A DNA stretch of 64,000 bases from Gillisia sp. (GTDB lineage: Bacteria > Bacteroidota > Bacteroidia > Flavobacteriales > Flavobacteriaceae). Numbering within the stretch: position 1 is the first letter of the stretch; each line of letters opens with the position of its first letter. Of the stretch, positions 1 to 9,494 are shown in pieces. The position numbers were made by a program, and so were the translations under genes. The stretch lies in contig JBDXGW010000001.1 of assembly GCA_039989915.1 (NCBI GenBank), positions 193,527-257,526 of the forward strand, given 5' to 3'. The notes below the pieces were generated by a model, which saw only the letters and a program-made list of their open reading frames with translations, was not told where the DNA came from and did no database searches.

Positions 1-430
1 CAACGCGTTTCGGTCTTATATACATACCTGGGCCTATAAACATCCGCAGCCAAATGACTTCTTTAACCACATGGAAAATGTGGCCGGGGAGAATCTGGAT
101 TGGTTCTGGAAAGGATGGTTTTACGGGACAGGCAATATAGATCTTGCTGTTACTGGAGTAGAGGGAGCCCGTGGCAATAATATAGTAAGTCTTTCTAATA
201 TGGGAGAAATTCCTATGCCGGTACACATGAGGGTTACTTATAAAGACGGAAGCGTTGAAGATGTAAGGCTTCCTGTAGAGATCTGGCAAAGAGGTGATAA
301 CTGGAGGCATATGTTAAGAACTCAAAAAGATGTACAAAGTGTAGAGCTTGATCCTGAAAAATTACTGCCCGATGTAAATGCGACCAACGATAGCTGGCCT
401 CAAAATACTACTGAAACCGGGAAACAATAA
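1..430 (+). CDS. M1-family (aminopeptidase N-like) metallopeptidase, C-terminal fragment; the 5' end lies upstream of the window
   Basis: The frame is open from nt 2 to the stop at 428-430. The translation ...NAFRSYIHTWAYKHPQPNDFFNHMENVAGENLDWFWKGWFY... resembles the conserved post-catalytic segment of bacterial M1 peptidases. A hairpin terminator follows. Confidence 0.75.
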   Translation, partial: NAFRSYIHTWAYKHPQPNDFFNHMENVAGENLDWFWKGWFYGTGNIDLAVTGVEGARGNNIVSLSNMGEIPMPVHMRVTYKDGSVEDVRLPVEIWQRGDNWRHMLRTQKDVQSVELDPEKLLPDVNATNDSWPQNTTETGKQ

Positions 431-464
431 ACCTATTGATTCAGCTTAATTTGCATTAATTACA

Positions 465-503
465 AGATCCCGGTTTGAAAATTCCGGGATCTTTTATTTT
501 TTA
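465..503 (+). terminator. Rho-independent terminator after the M1 peptidase gene
   Basis: Stem aagatcccgg / ccgggatctt followed by a T-run (ttttattttttatttt). Confidence 0.7.
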
Positions 504-571
504 TTTTCTTCTGATAAATTCAGTATTCCTGTAACAGAAAGCCGGTTGAGGCGTCTTAAATAAAACCTTTT

Positions 572-2089
572 TTGATGCGTCTCATTTTCATACTCCTTTT
601 ATTTCTTTCATTTTTTTCTTCCAGGGTAGAAGCCCAGGAATTTACCGCCCTGGTAATGGATTCCCAAAGCAGGCAACCCGTTCCATACGCCACCGTACAA
701 TATGGCATTAACAAGGGGGTTATTACAAATGATGAAGGCGTTTTCTCTTTTATAGCTTCCCTTAAAGATAGTGATACCATCACCGTTTCCTCTCTTGGCT
801 ACATTCCTTACCCATTGCTGGTAAAGGATTTAAAAGCATTGAAAGAGAAGGTGATCTATGTAAAGCCCGCCAATATTGAATTAAAGGATGTTTTTCTCAC
901 CAATAAGAATTTAAGCGGAAAACAAATTGTTGAACTTGTAAAGCAACGGGTGAAAACCAATTACAATTTTGACCTGAGCCATAAAAAGATATTTTACAGG
1001 GAATCCAGCGTGAATAACATTCGCCGGTTTGACCTTATTGTTGAAAAAAGCACCTTCCCGGATCTTGATCAGGAACTTATGACCAATATCTCCCAAAAGG
1101 TTCCCAAAATGTCCGATTCCTATAAAGAGGTGCTGGGAGATCTCTACGGGAATTACTCCTCCCAAAAACTTCAGGTGATCAAAGCCGCCAACCTTCATAA
1201 TCCGCAAAGTACAGCCGGTTTAACTGAGTTGACAGATAAACTTGAAAATATTATTAAGGACAATGTAAAAAGCAACTCCTTTTTAAAGATCAAAACGGGT
1301 CTTCTGGGCGTAAAAGTGGATGCTAAGGAACTTGAGAAAGAAATGAAGGAGGAGAAAAAAACCGATGAGAAGACCGAGGAGCAAAAGGAAAAGGATAAAA
1401 AATCGCGTTTGGACAATTTAAAGAATTCTACTACATCAAACATAAAAGGCCTGCTGAATAGCATGTTCTGGAATGAAGATATACCACTGGATGTTTTTGA
1501 AAGTTCAGGGAAGTATAAATTTGAGGTAGAAGGTTATACCCAAATGGAAAATTCTATTGTGTACATTATTTCTTTCCAACCAAAACGGGGTGCGAATTTT
1601 AAAGGAAAAATGTATGTTAATACGGCAGATTACGGGATCCACCGGCTGGATTACCAGAATTTAAAGCCGCTTAAAAAATTCAGGTTGCTGGGCATAAGTA
1701 CGGCCAGCGATGTGTACCGGGGAAAAATGATCTTCTCACGTGGCGAAAACGGAAAATATGAAACCCGGTATGTAGAACGGGAAAAAGGGGAAAGCTTTGG
1801 AATTGACCGCCCGCTAACAATTATTGAAAAAAATAAATTTGTTGCCGGCCGCAGGAAGCAGAATGAACTGGACATGGAAATAAAGATAAATGCGGGGCAA
1901 ACTACCAAACACCAGCTGGTAGTGTATGAAACCGCATTTCTTAATGACAATGAGTTTAAAGCTCAAAAGACATCTGAGCCTTTTGAATACAAAACCTTTA
2001 AACTTTATAACCCCGATTATTGGAACGGGTATAACATTATTGAACCCAACGCTGCCATTAGGTCCTTTACCGCAACAGGGGAGGAGTAA
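572..2089 (+). CDS. Secreted carboxypeptidase-regulatory-like (CarboxypepD_reg) domain protein of unknown function
   Basis: 505-aa ORF with an N-terminal signal peptide (LIFILLLFLSFFSSRVEAQ). It continues with the ALVMDSQSRQPVPYATVQY...TNDEGVFSF pattern typical of the Bacteroidota CarboxypepD_reg fold, and has a K/E-rich low-complexity insert. Confidence 0.7.
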   Translation: MMRLIFILLLFLSFFSSRVEAQEFTALVMDSQSRQPVPYATVQYGINKGVITNDEGVFSFIASLKDSDTITVSSLGYIPYPLLVKDLKALKEKVIYVKPANIELKDVFLTNKNLSGKQIVELVKQRVKTNYNFDLSHKKIFYRESSVNNIRRFDLIVEKSTFPDLDQELMTNISQKVPKMSDSYKEVLGDLYGNYSSQKLQVIKAANLHNPQSTAGLTELTDKLENIIKDNVKSNSFLKIKTGLLGVKVDAKELEKEMKEEKKTDEKTEEQKEKDKKSRLDNLKNSTTSNIKGLLNSMFWNEDIPLDVFESSGKYKFEVEGYTQMENSIVYIISFQPKRGANFKGKMYVNTADYGIHRLDYQNLKPLKKFRLLGISTASDVYRGKMIFSRGENGKYETRYVEREKGESFGIDRPLTIIEKNKFVAGRRKQNELDMEIKINAGQTTKHQLVVYETAFLNDNEFKAQKTSEPFEYKTFKLYNPDYWNGYNIIEPNAAIRSFTATGEE

Positions 2090-2105
2090 GATCCCTATAA
2101 AATAA

Positions 2106-2140
2106 AATATCCCGGTCCTGTTTGACAAGACCGGGATATT
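2106..2140. terminator. Bidirectional hairpin terminator between convergent genes
   Basis: aatatcccggtc ... gaccgggatatt, a 12-bp perfect stem flanked by A- and T-rich runs. Confidence 0.7.
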
Positions 2141-2158
2141 TGTTTTATGCTTTCCGGG

Positions 2159-3604
2159 TTACGAGCTGTGCTCAGGAACTTTCATGAACATATTCTTTTC
2201 TTTGATCATTGCAGTGGTAGTTTCCGGCAACATGGTTTCCCACCCCGGAATACCTTCCTGTATCATCCTGAATACCTCCCTGGAATAAATATCCAGGATC
2301 TCAGGGTCGTAATCTGTAATATCTACCACCCTTCCGTTATCCTTAAAGAACTTATACAGCTCTTTCATACGCGGATGCACCTTGAGGTTTTCACTTGTTG
2401 TGATCTCTCCTGTTTCAGGATTTTTAAGCGGGTAAAGGTAGATCTTGAGATCGCGGAAAAATAATTTTCCAAAAGCTTCCAGGATTCCGCCGCTTAAATG
2501 GCGGTAGTACTTCTCATCAAAGATCTCAATAAAAGTATTTACTCCCATGGTGAGCCCCATACGTTCCTTGGTGTGTACAGAGAAATATTCTACCACTTTG
2601 TAATATTCCTGGAAATTGGAGATCATTACTGTTTGTCCCAAAGAACAGAGAAGATCTGCCCGGGCAAGAAAATCGCGTTCATCTATTTCTCCCTCTGCCC
2701 TTAAATTGGATAAGGTCATTTCAAAGATCACAATGACTTTTTCCTTGTCCACCTTTTTTTCCTTTAAGAAAAGTTCCAGGGATTTTTCATACATACTCAT
2801 ATTGACCTTTGTAACCGGCCTGAAACTCCCTCTTAGGGTAAGTATGTTTTTCTTGTAAAGGATACTTGCGGGAAGCACCATATTTCCATCTGGTGCAAAC
2901 ATCACCGCCTGGGTCATATCATTTTTAACCAGTTGCAGGCTTATAAGCCGGTTATCTACTTCTTTAAAAAGAGGTCCTGAAAAGTTGATAAGATCTATTT
3001 CAATTTTATCCTTGCTTATATTGTCATAAAGGCTCTTTAGAAGCGCTTTGGGGTTATCATAATTATAGAAGGCCCCATATATAAGATTTACCCCCATTAT
3101 ACCAAGGGTGATCTGTTGCATCGAGGCATTGGTCTCGTGAAACTGAACGTGAATGATTATCTCACTATATTCCTGCCGTGGTTCTGCCTGGAATCGTATT
3201 CCCAACCAACCATGTCCCTTATATCTTTTAGCAAAATCAATGGTTGCTACCGTATTGGCATAACTAAAGAAAAGTTTATTGGGATGTTTATCGCGGGAAA
3301 TTCGTTGCTCAATAAGTGCAGTTTCATAGGAAAGCATTGCCTTGAGCCGTGCTTCGGTCACATAACGACCCTGGGGTTCAAGCCCGTAGATCGCATCGCT
3401 GAAATCCTTGTCATAGGCACTTATTGTTTTTGCAATAGTTCCCGAGGCTCCACCCGCACGAAAAAAGTTGCGCACAGTTTCCTGTCCCGCCCCAATTTCG
3501 GCAAATGTTCCGTAGATATTCTCATTTAAATTTATTCGAAGGGTTTTATTTTTTACAGACAATTCACTTGCAAAGTCCTTGTCTCCCATTATCGTCGTAG
3601 GCAT
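2159..3604 (-). CDS. Conserved hypothetical cytoplasmic protein (481 aa); I cannot name a family
   Basis: Long uninterrupted ORF with no signal peptide or TM segment. It has conserved-looking blocks (GTFAEIGAGQETVRNFFRAGGASGTIAKTISAYDK). Hairpin terminators on both sides suggest a monocistronic unit. Confidence 0.8.
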   Translation of the reverse strand: MPTTIMGDKDFASELSVKNKTLRINLNENIYGTFAEIGAGQETVRNFFRAGGASGTIAKTISAYDKDFSDAIYGLEPQGRYVTEARLKAMLSYETALIEQRISRDKHPNKLFFSYANTVATIDFAKRYKGHGWLGIRFQAEPRQEYSEIIIHVQFHETNASMQQITLGIMGVNLIYGAFYNYDNPKALLKSLYDNISKDKIEIDLINFSGPLFKEVDNRLISLQLVKNDMTQAVMFAPDGNMVLPASILYKKNILTLRGSFRPVTKVNMSMYEKSLELFLKEKKVDKEKVIVIFEMTLSNLRAEGEIDERDFLARADLLCSLGQTVMISNFQEYYKVVEYFSVHTKERMGLTMGVNTFIEIFDEKYYRHLSGGILEAFGKLFFRDLKIYLYPLKNPETGEITTSENLKVHPRMKELYKFFKDNGRVVDITDYDPEILDIYSREVFRMIQEGIPGWETMLPETTTAMIKEKNMFMKVPEHSS

Positions 3605-3717
3605 AAGCTGGCTTTTTTTGTTTAACGATATAAATTTAAGGAATTTAAATTCCTTATTGATAAACGCTCAAAACGTATGTTCCAAAATATGAGAACAATC
3701 AGAAATTTACTAAAAAA

Positions 3718-3753
3718 ATGAGCGACCCGTGGTGGGATCGCTCATAATTTTTT
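3718..3753. terminator. Hairpin terminator downstream of the SulP gene
   Basis: atgagcga-cccgtggtggga-tcgctcat, with an A-run before and a T-run after. Confidence 0.6.
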
Positions 3754-3816
3754 AAATCTGAATTTAAAAAGGTCTTTTTTAAAATGCCTGAATTTTATGA
3801 AGCCTGTTAAACAAAC

Positions 3817-5358
3817 CTAAAATCTGTCTACTACCACTTTATAGGTTGGATCTTCCATAATGTTCACCTCTATGATGGCATCGGCATTGCTAAGAAGTTT
3901 CCGGCAATCTGTACTTAGGTGTCTTAAGTGCAGCTTCTTGCCCTGCTTGTGGTATCGTTCAGTGAGTTTGTTTACCGCTTCAATACCGCTCATATCTACG
4001 ATCCTGCTTTCAGAAAAATCTATGATCACTTCTTCAGGATCACCCAACACATCAAATTTATCATTAAATGCCTGAACCGATCCAAAAAAGAGAGGGCCAT
4101 ACATCTCGTAATATTTTCTTCCAAGATCATCCATGCTCTTTCTCGCCCTGATCATTTTAGCATTGTCCCAGGCAAACACCAATGCCGAAATTATTACTCC
4201 TACAAGAACTGCAAGGGCCAGGTTATGAAGGAAAACTGTAATTAGGGTTACAATAACCATCACCAATACGTCGCTTTTTGGCATTCTGCGGAAGGTTCTT
4301 AAGCTCGCCCATTCAAATGTTCCAACGGCTACCATGATCATTACCCCGGTAAGGGCAGCCATAGGGAGTAATTCGATAATATCTGCACCAAACATAATGA
4401 ACACGAGTAAACTTACCGCAGCTACGATCCCCGATAATCTTGCCCGGGCCCCTGAAGAAACGTTGATCAAACTTTGTCCAATCATAGCACAACCCCCCAT
4501 CCCTGAAAAGAATCCGGATAAAACATTGGCGGTTCCCTGGGCCACACATTCTTTATTACTTCTTCCCCTGGTCTCGGTGATCTCATCTACGATGTTCAGG
4601 GTTAATAAACTTTCTATTAATCCAACCCCTGCAACAATTGCAGCGTAAGGAAAAATAAGTGCCAGGGTCTCAAAACTAACGGGGATCACAGGGATATGAA
4701 AAGGTGGAAATCCCCCGTTAATGGAAGCGATATCTCCAACTGTTTTAGTGTCTATTCCCAGGAAAACCACCAGCCCAAACACTACAAGTATAGCCACAAG
4801 AGAGGAGGGGACTACTTTGGTTAATCTTGGGAGCCCCCAGATTATAAGCATAGTGAGAACAACAAGGCCAAGAAGGATATATAGCGAATTCCCTGTCATC
4901 CAGATCATTTCTCCAGCTTCATTTACTGTTTTGAACTGGTCCAGCTGAGACATAAAAATGATGATCGCCAACCCGTTTACAAAGCCAAAGATCACAGAAT
5001 GTGGTACCAGGCGTATTAATTTTCCCAATCTTAAAACCCCTGCAAGAACCTGTATAAGTCCGGCAAGTATTACCGTGGCAAAAATATATTCTACCCCATG
5101 CGATATGGCAAGAGCAGCTATCACAACTGCTACTGCTCCTGTTGCACCGGAGATCATCCCGGGACGGCCTCCAAGGATAGAAGTTACCAACCCCATCACA
5201 AATGCTGCATACAATCCGGTTAACGGCGATAAGCCCGCGATCATTGCAAATGCAACCGCTTCTGGTATCAAAGCCAGGGCAACGGTCAAACCTGCCAGCA
5301 CTTCGGTTTTGTAATTTACTTTTTGTTGAAAATCGAATAAATTGAAAATCTTGTTCAT
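3817..5358 (-). CDS. SulP-family anion (sulfate/bicarbonate) permease with a C-terminal STAS domain
   Basis: Multi-TM body with SulP-like blocks (AGLTVALALIPEAVAFAMIAGLSP, GRSNKECVAQGTANVLSGFFSGMGG). The soluble C-terminus has an anti-sigma-antagonist-like STAS pattern (IIDFSESRIVDMSGIEAV). The start is set at MNKIFNLF (5358) rather than the ORF-track 5412. Confidence 0.9.
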   Translation of the reverse strand: MNKIFNLFDFQQKVNYKTEVLAGLTVALALIPEAVAFAMIAGLSPLTGLYAAFVMGLVTSILGGRPGMISGATGAVAVVIAALAISHGVEYIFATVILAGLIQVLAGVLRLGKLIRLVPHSVIFGFVNGLAIIIFMSQLDQFKTVNEAGEMIWMTGNSLYILLGLVVLTMLIIWGLPRLTKVVPSSLVAILVVFGLVVFLGIDTKTVGDIASINGGFPPFHIPVIPVSFETLALIFPYAAIVAGVGLIESLLTLNIVDEITETRGRSNKECVAQGTANVLSGFFSGMGGCAMIGQSLINVSSGARARLSGIVAAVSLLVFIMFGADIIELLPMAALTGVMIMVAVGTFEWASLRTFRRMPKSDVLVMVIVTLITVFLHNLALAVLVGVIISALVFAWDNAKMIRARKSMDDLGRKYYEMYGPLFFGSVQAFNDKFDVLGDPEEVIIDFSESRIVDMSGIEAVNKLTERYHKQGKKLHLRHLSTDCRKLLSNADAIIEVNIMEDPTYKVVVDRF

Positions 5359-5630
5359 GCAATGCGTATTTGAAATGGAATATATGTTGGAAGAAAAAAG
5401 AACTTCCTGCAATAAAATTATAGGTATGGGGAATTATGAAAGGGGCCGGATAGACCTTATTAGGGCGGAGTAACGGGAGCAGTATATATTTTAGTTACCT
5501 TTTTCATAAGAACCGGCAAAAGTACTGGTTTTTATTAAAAAACCAAGCCTGTTTTACCGCAGTCTTTATCAAGCCGTGCCAAGGTCTCTTATTTATCGCG
5601 TAAATCTTAGGCAGGCCTTTCTAAATGAAA

Positions 5631-5638
5631 TATCTTTG
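5631..5638 (+). promoter_or_regulatory. Candidate Bacteroidota -7 promoter box (TAnnTTTG) for era
   Basis: TATCTTTG lies 16 nt upstream of the era ATG. The -33 element is weak. Confidence 0.3.
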
Positions 5639-5653
5639 TAAAAATTTTTTGTT

Positions 5654-6535
5654 ATGGAACATAAGGCCGGGTTTGTAAATATAATTGGGAATCCCAATGT
5701 GGGAAAATCTACTTTGATGAATGCTTTTGTGGGGGAAAAACTCTCCATTATCACCTCCAAAGCCCAAACTACCCGTCACCGTATTCTTGGAATTGTGAAC
5801 GGGGATGATTTCCAGGTGATCCTTAGCGATACCCCGGGAATTATTAAACCTGCCTATGACTTGCAGCAGTCGATGATGGACTTCGTGAAATCTGCTTTTG
5901 AGGATGCAGATATCCTTATCTATATGGTTGAAATAGGCGAAAGGGAATTAAAAGATGAAGCCTTTTTTAACAAGATAGTGCATTCGAAAATTCCTGTTTT
6001 GTTATTGCTGAATAAAATTGATACCTCCAACCAGGAACAACTGGAAGAGCAGGTAGGCCTGTGGACAGAAAAAGTTCCCAATGCCGAAATTTATCCAATC
6101 TCGGCCCTTCAGGGATTCAACGTTGCCGAAGTTTTTAACCGTGTAGTTGAATTGCTTCCTGTATCACCACCCTTTTACCCCAAAGACACCCTTACAGATA
6201 AACCTGAACGGTTTTTTGTAAACGAGATCATAAGGGAGAAGATCCTGATGCACTATAAAAAGGAAATTCCTTATAGTGTTGAGATTGATACCGAGGAATT
6301 CTTTGAAGAGGAGGCTATCATAAGAATGCGAAGCGTGATCATGGTAGAACGCGAAACGCAGAAAGGAATTATAATTGGCCACAAAGGGGCAGCCCTTAAA
6401 AGAGTAGGCGTTGAAGCCCGAAAGGATCTTGAAAAATTCTTCGGCAAACAAGTCCACCTTGAACTATATGTAAAAGTGAACAAAAACTGGCGTAATGATG
6501 CCCGGCAGTTAAAAAGGTTTGGGTATAATAATTAG
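5654..6535 (+). CDS. era: GTPase Era
   Basis: G1 GNPNVGKST, G3 DTPG and G4 NKID are present, plus a C-terminal KH domain (VIMVERETQKGIIIGHKGAALKRVG). Length is 293 aa. Confidence 0.95.
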   Translation: MEHKAGFVNIIGNPNVGKSTLMNAFVGEKLSIITSKAQTTRHRILGIVNGDDFQVILSDTPGIIKPAYDLQQSMMDFVKSAFEDADILIYMVEIGERELKDEAFFNKIVHSKIPVLLLLNKIDTSNQEQLEEQVGLWTEKVPNAEIYPISALQGFNVAEVFNRVVELLPVSPPFYPKDTLTDKPERFFVNEIIREKILMHYKKEIPYSVEIDTEEFFEEEAIIRMRSVIMVERETQKGIIIGHKGAALKRVGVEARKDLEKFFGKQVHLELYVKVNKNWRNDARQLKRFGYNN

Positions 6536-6925
6536 GGAATAGTGATTGGTGAATAGTGATTAGGAGTTCAAAGTTCAAAGTTTGGAGTTCAAAATTTAAG
6601 GTTTAAAGTTCAAGATTTCCACTATTTCAACCTACAACCTGCCTGCGGTAGGTAGGCCTACAACCTACAACCTACAACTGATAACCAATAACCGAAAACC
6701 GACAACCTGCCTACGGCAGGCAGGCTAACAACCGATAACTCCGCCCAGACTATCCACTTTTCTCTCTCCACTTTCTACTTCGGGTTCAAAGTTCAAGGTT
6801 CCAGGTTAAATTAACTTACAACTGAAAACAGACAACTCACAACCTACAACTGAAAACCTGCCTACGGCAGGCAGGCCCACAACCTACAACCCACAACCCA
6901 CAACTCACAACCCACAACTCACAAC
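6536..6925. repeat. Repeat-only convergent intergenic spacer of tandem 6-9 nt words plus three CCTGCC-N3-GGYAGGYAGG hairpins
   Basis: Runs include gaatagtga, ttcaaag, ctacaacc and c(a/t)cacaac. Hairpins lie at 6638-6656, 6706-6724 and 6857-6875. No ORF is present. Confidence 0.85.
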
Positions 6926-8434
6926 TCACAACTCCAGCAACTCCTCCAAGTAATCCCGCGAATTTGAAAGCCGGGGGATCTTGTGTTGTCCTCCCAGTTT
7001 ATCCTTCTTTTTAAGCCAGTCATAAAATAATCCTTCCCTGGCCTGGTGCAACACCGGCATATTCAGGGTCATATTGTTATAACGCTTGGCCTCATAATCG
7101 CTGTTTATCTCCTGAAGTGCAAGATCCAGTTGCGTGGTAAAGATCTCGAGGTCTTTTGGCGGATTTTTAAATTCAATGATCCATTCATGGGCTCCCTTTT
7201 CTTTGCCTTGCATAAAAACCGGCGCCACCGTATAATCCACAATCTCGCAGTTTGTTACCAGGGAAGCCTTTTTCAAGGCGTTTTCAGCATTTTCAATAAT
7301 TAATTCTTCTCCGAAAACATTAATATGATGTTTGGTGCGGCCCGATACTTTTATCCTGTAAGGTTTTGTTGAGGTAAACCTTACGGTATCCCCAATCCTG
7401 TACCTCCAAAGGCCTGCATTGGTGGTGATAATTATTGCATAATTCACCCCTGTTTTTACCTCAGATAATGGGATAATGGTTTGTTCAGGGCTATTGTACG
7501 TGTCCATAGGGATGAATTCGTAAAAGATCCCGTAATCCAGCATCAACAGCATTTCTTTGGAATCATTCTGGTCCTGGCAGGCAAAAAAACCTTCAGAAGC
7601 ATTGTAGATCTCATAAAATCTAAAATCCTCCTTGGGCAGGATCTTCTGGTATTGAGGGGCGTATGGATCAAAGCTTACCCCACCATGAAAATAAACTTCC
7701 AGGTTGGGCCATACTTCAAATAAATTCTGTTTTTCGGTTGACTCGAGTACATTGTTGAGCAAAACCAGCATCCAGGAAGGAACTCCCGCCAGGCTGGTCA
7801 CTTTTTCCTTTTTGGTCTCATTGACAATTGCCTGCATTTTCACTTCCCAGTCGTGCATAAGCGATACCTCATTGCTGGGGGTACTGCTGAATTCTGCCCA
7901 AAATGGCATATTATCTATCAAAATAGCCGATAGATCGCCATAGGAAGTTCCGTTGTTCTTATAGATCTCCTTACTGCCTCCAAGCCTTAAACTCTTTCCC
8001 GTGAACAATTGCGACTGCGGATTGTTGTTCAAATACATACAAAGAAGATCTTTCCCGGCAGCATAATGACAGGATTCCAGGGAATCGTCACTTACAGGGA
8101 TGAATTTGCTTTTGGCATTGGTGGTGCCGCTGGATTTTGCAAACCATTTAATAGGCGTGGGCCAGAAAATGTTGTTTTCTCCTAACCTGCTGCGCTCAAT
8201 ATTTGCCGTATAATCCTCATAGTCCTGCACGGGCACCCTTTCAGCAAAGGTTTTATAATTCTTTATCCCTGCAAAATCGTATTTCTTTCCTACCTCTGTA
8301 TTTTTTGCCTTGGAAACAAGATTCCTTAAAAGCTCATATTGTACCTCGTGCGGATATTTTATAAAGAGCTCCATTTGGTGGATTCGTTTTTTAAGAAACC
8401 AGGATGCAATGGAGTTTACTAATGGGATTGGCAT
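6926..8434 (-). CDS. GH3-family (auxin-responsive-promoter-like) acyl-adenylate-forming protein
   Basis: 502 aa. The N-terminus (SWFLKKRIHQMELFIKYPHEVQ) and body (FAKSSGTTNAKSKFIP, YNASEGFF) match the bacterial GH3 family pattern. Confidence 0.85.
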   Translation of the reverse strand: MPIPLVNSIASWFLKKRIHQMELFIKYPHEVQYELLRNLVSKAKNTEVGKKYDFAGIKNYKTFAERVPVQDYEDYTANIERSRLGENNIFWPTPIKWFAKSSGTTNAKSKFIPVSDDSLESCHYAAGKDLLCMYLNNNPQSQLFTGKSLRLGGSKEIYKNNGTSYGDLSAILIDNMPFWAEFSSTPSNEVSLMHDWEVKMQAIVNETKKEKVTSLAGVPSWMLVLLNNVLESTEKQNLFEVWPNLEVYFHGGVSFDPYAPQYQKILPKEDFRFYEIYNASEGFFACQDQNDSKEMLLMLDYGIFYEFIPMDTYNSPEQTIIPLSEVKTGVNYAIIITTNAGLWRYRIGDTVRFTSTKPYRIKVSGRTKHHINVFGEELIIENAENALKKASLVTNCEIVDYTVAPVFMQGKEKGAHEWIIEFKNPPKDLEIFTTQLDLALQEINSDYEAKRYNNMTLNMPVLHQAREGLFYDWLKKKDKLGGQHKIPRLSNSRDYLEELLEL

Positions 8435-8554
8435 TTTTTCTTTTTATATTTAGGCGCTGATAAATAGCTACGGGGGTCAGGTTAATTCGGCTAAATTTAA
8501 AATTATTCCTGAACCTTGCAAGGCTTAGATCTCATTAAAATTAAGCAATATATT

Positions 8555-9349
8555 ATGAAGTATGAAGGCGTGCTCACAAAAATGAGAACCGAGCTTACCA
8601 ATACCGTTGAGTATTACCTCATTTTTGAAACCGATTTTATAAATGTCAACCAGCTTCTCAATAAAAGGATCAGTTTTAATTTCCTGAGGTTTCAATGTTT
8701 ACATTGCGGCCTTCAGAAAAAAATATTTGCGCAGGGATATTGCTATAATTGTTTTTCTACCCTGCCGCAAGCGGGGGAATGGATACGAAGTCCCGAGCGC
8801 AGTACGGCTCACCTGGATATAGAAGACCGGGACCTGGAATTTGAAAAAGAAGCGCAGCTGCAGCCACATATTGTGTATCTGGCAAATTCCAGCGACGTAA
8901 AGGTGGGGGTCACCCGCAAAAGCCAGATCCCAACCCGGTGGATAGACCAGGGGGCGCACGAAGCTATAGAAATTGTTGAGGTGCCCAACCGCTACCTTGC
9001 GGGTATTACTGAGGTTGCTCTAAAAAGCCATGTTTCAGATAAGACCAACTGGCGCAAAATGCTCACCAATGAAGTGAAAGATCTCAACCTGGAAGAGGTA
9101 AGGGAAAAACTAAAGCAGTATATCCCTGCTGAAGCCAAGGAGTATTATCTTGAAAACAATAAGGAGACCGAGATCCATTTTCCCGTGCTGCAATTCCCCA
9201 AAAAAGTAAAAACCCTGAATCTTTTTAAACAACCTTATTTTGAAGGTGTTTTAAAGGGAATTAAAGGGCAGTACCTCCTGTTTGAAGATGGCACAGCATT
9301 CAATGTGCGCAGCCATGAGGGTTATGTGGTAGAGCTGGGAATATTATAA
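8555..9349 (+). CDS. DUF2797-like protein with a zinc-ribbon motif
   Basis: CLHCG...CYNCF four-Cys motif. The body is typical of DUF2797, which is commonly next to GH3 in flavobacteria. The start is set at MKYEGVL (8555). Confidence 0.8.
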   Translation: MKYEGVLTKMRTELTNTVEYYLIFETDFINVNQLLNKRISFNFLRFQCLHCGLQKKIFAQGYCYNCFSTLPQAGEWIRSPERSTAHLDIEDRDLEFEKEAQLQPHIVYLANSSDVKVGVTRKSQIPTRWIDQGAHEAIEIVEVPNRYLAGITEVALKSHVSDKTNWRKMLTNEVKDLNLEEVREKLKQYIPAEAKEYYLENNKETEIHFPVLQFPKKVKTLNLFKQPYFEGVLKGIKGQYLLFEDGTAFNVRSHEGYVVELGIL

Positions 9350-9450
9350 TTGATTTCTTTATAAATTCCAATAAGATGATGGTTCCATCGTTGGAGGCGG
9401 GAGTATAATGAGTTGTGGGAGTCGGTTGCAAAACCGGAAAACAAAAAAAA

Positions 9451-9476
9451 CCCGCAGATCATTCAGGAACTGCGGG
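9451..9476. terminator. Bidirectional hairpin terminator
   Basis: A8-cccgcag...ctgcggg-attatatttt between convergent genes. Confidence 0.6.
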
Positions 9477-9494
9477 ATTATATTTTGAAATTCC

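Noticed and set aside
6536-6925. Could the repeat loci (6.5-6.9 kb, 56.8-57.0 kb, 58.3-58.7 kb) be CRISPR arrays?
   Set aside because: The repeat words are only 6-9 nt or are degenerate units of about 45 bp. There is no constant 24-48-nt repeat alternating with unique spacers of regular length, and no cas genes occur in the window.
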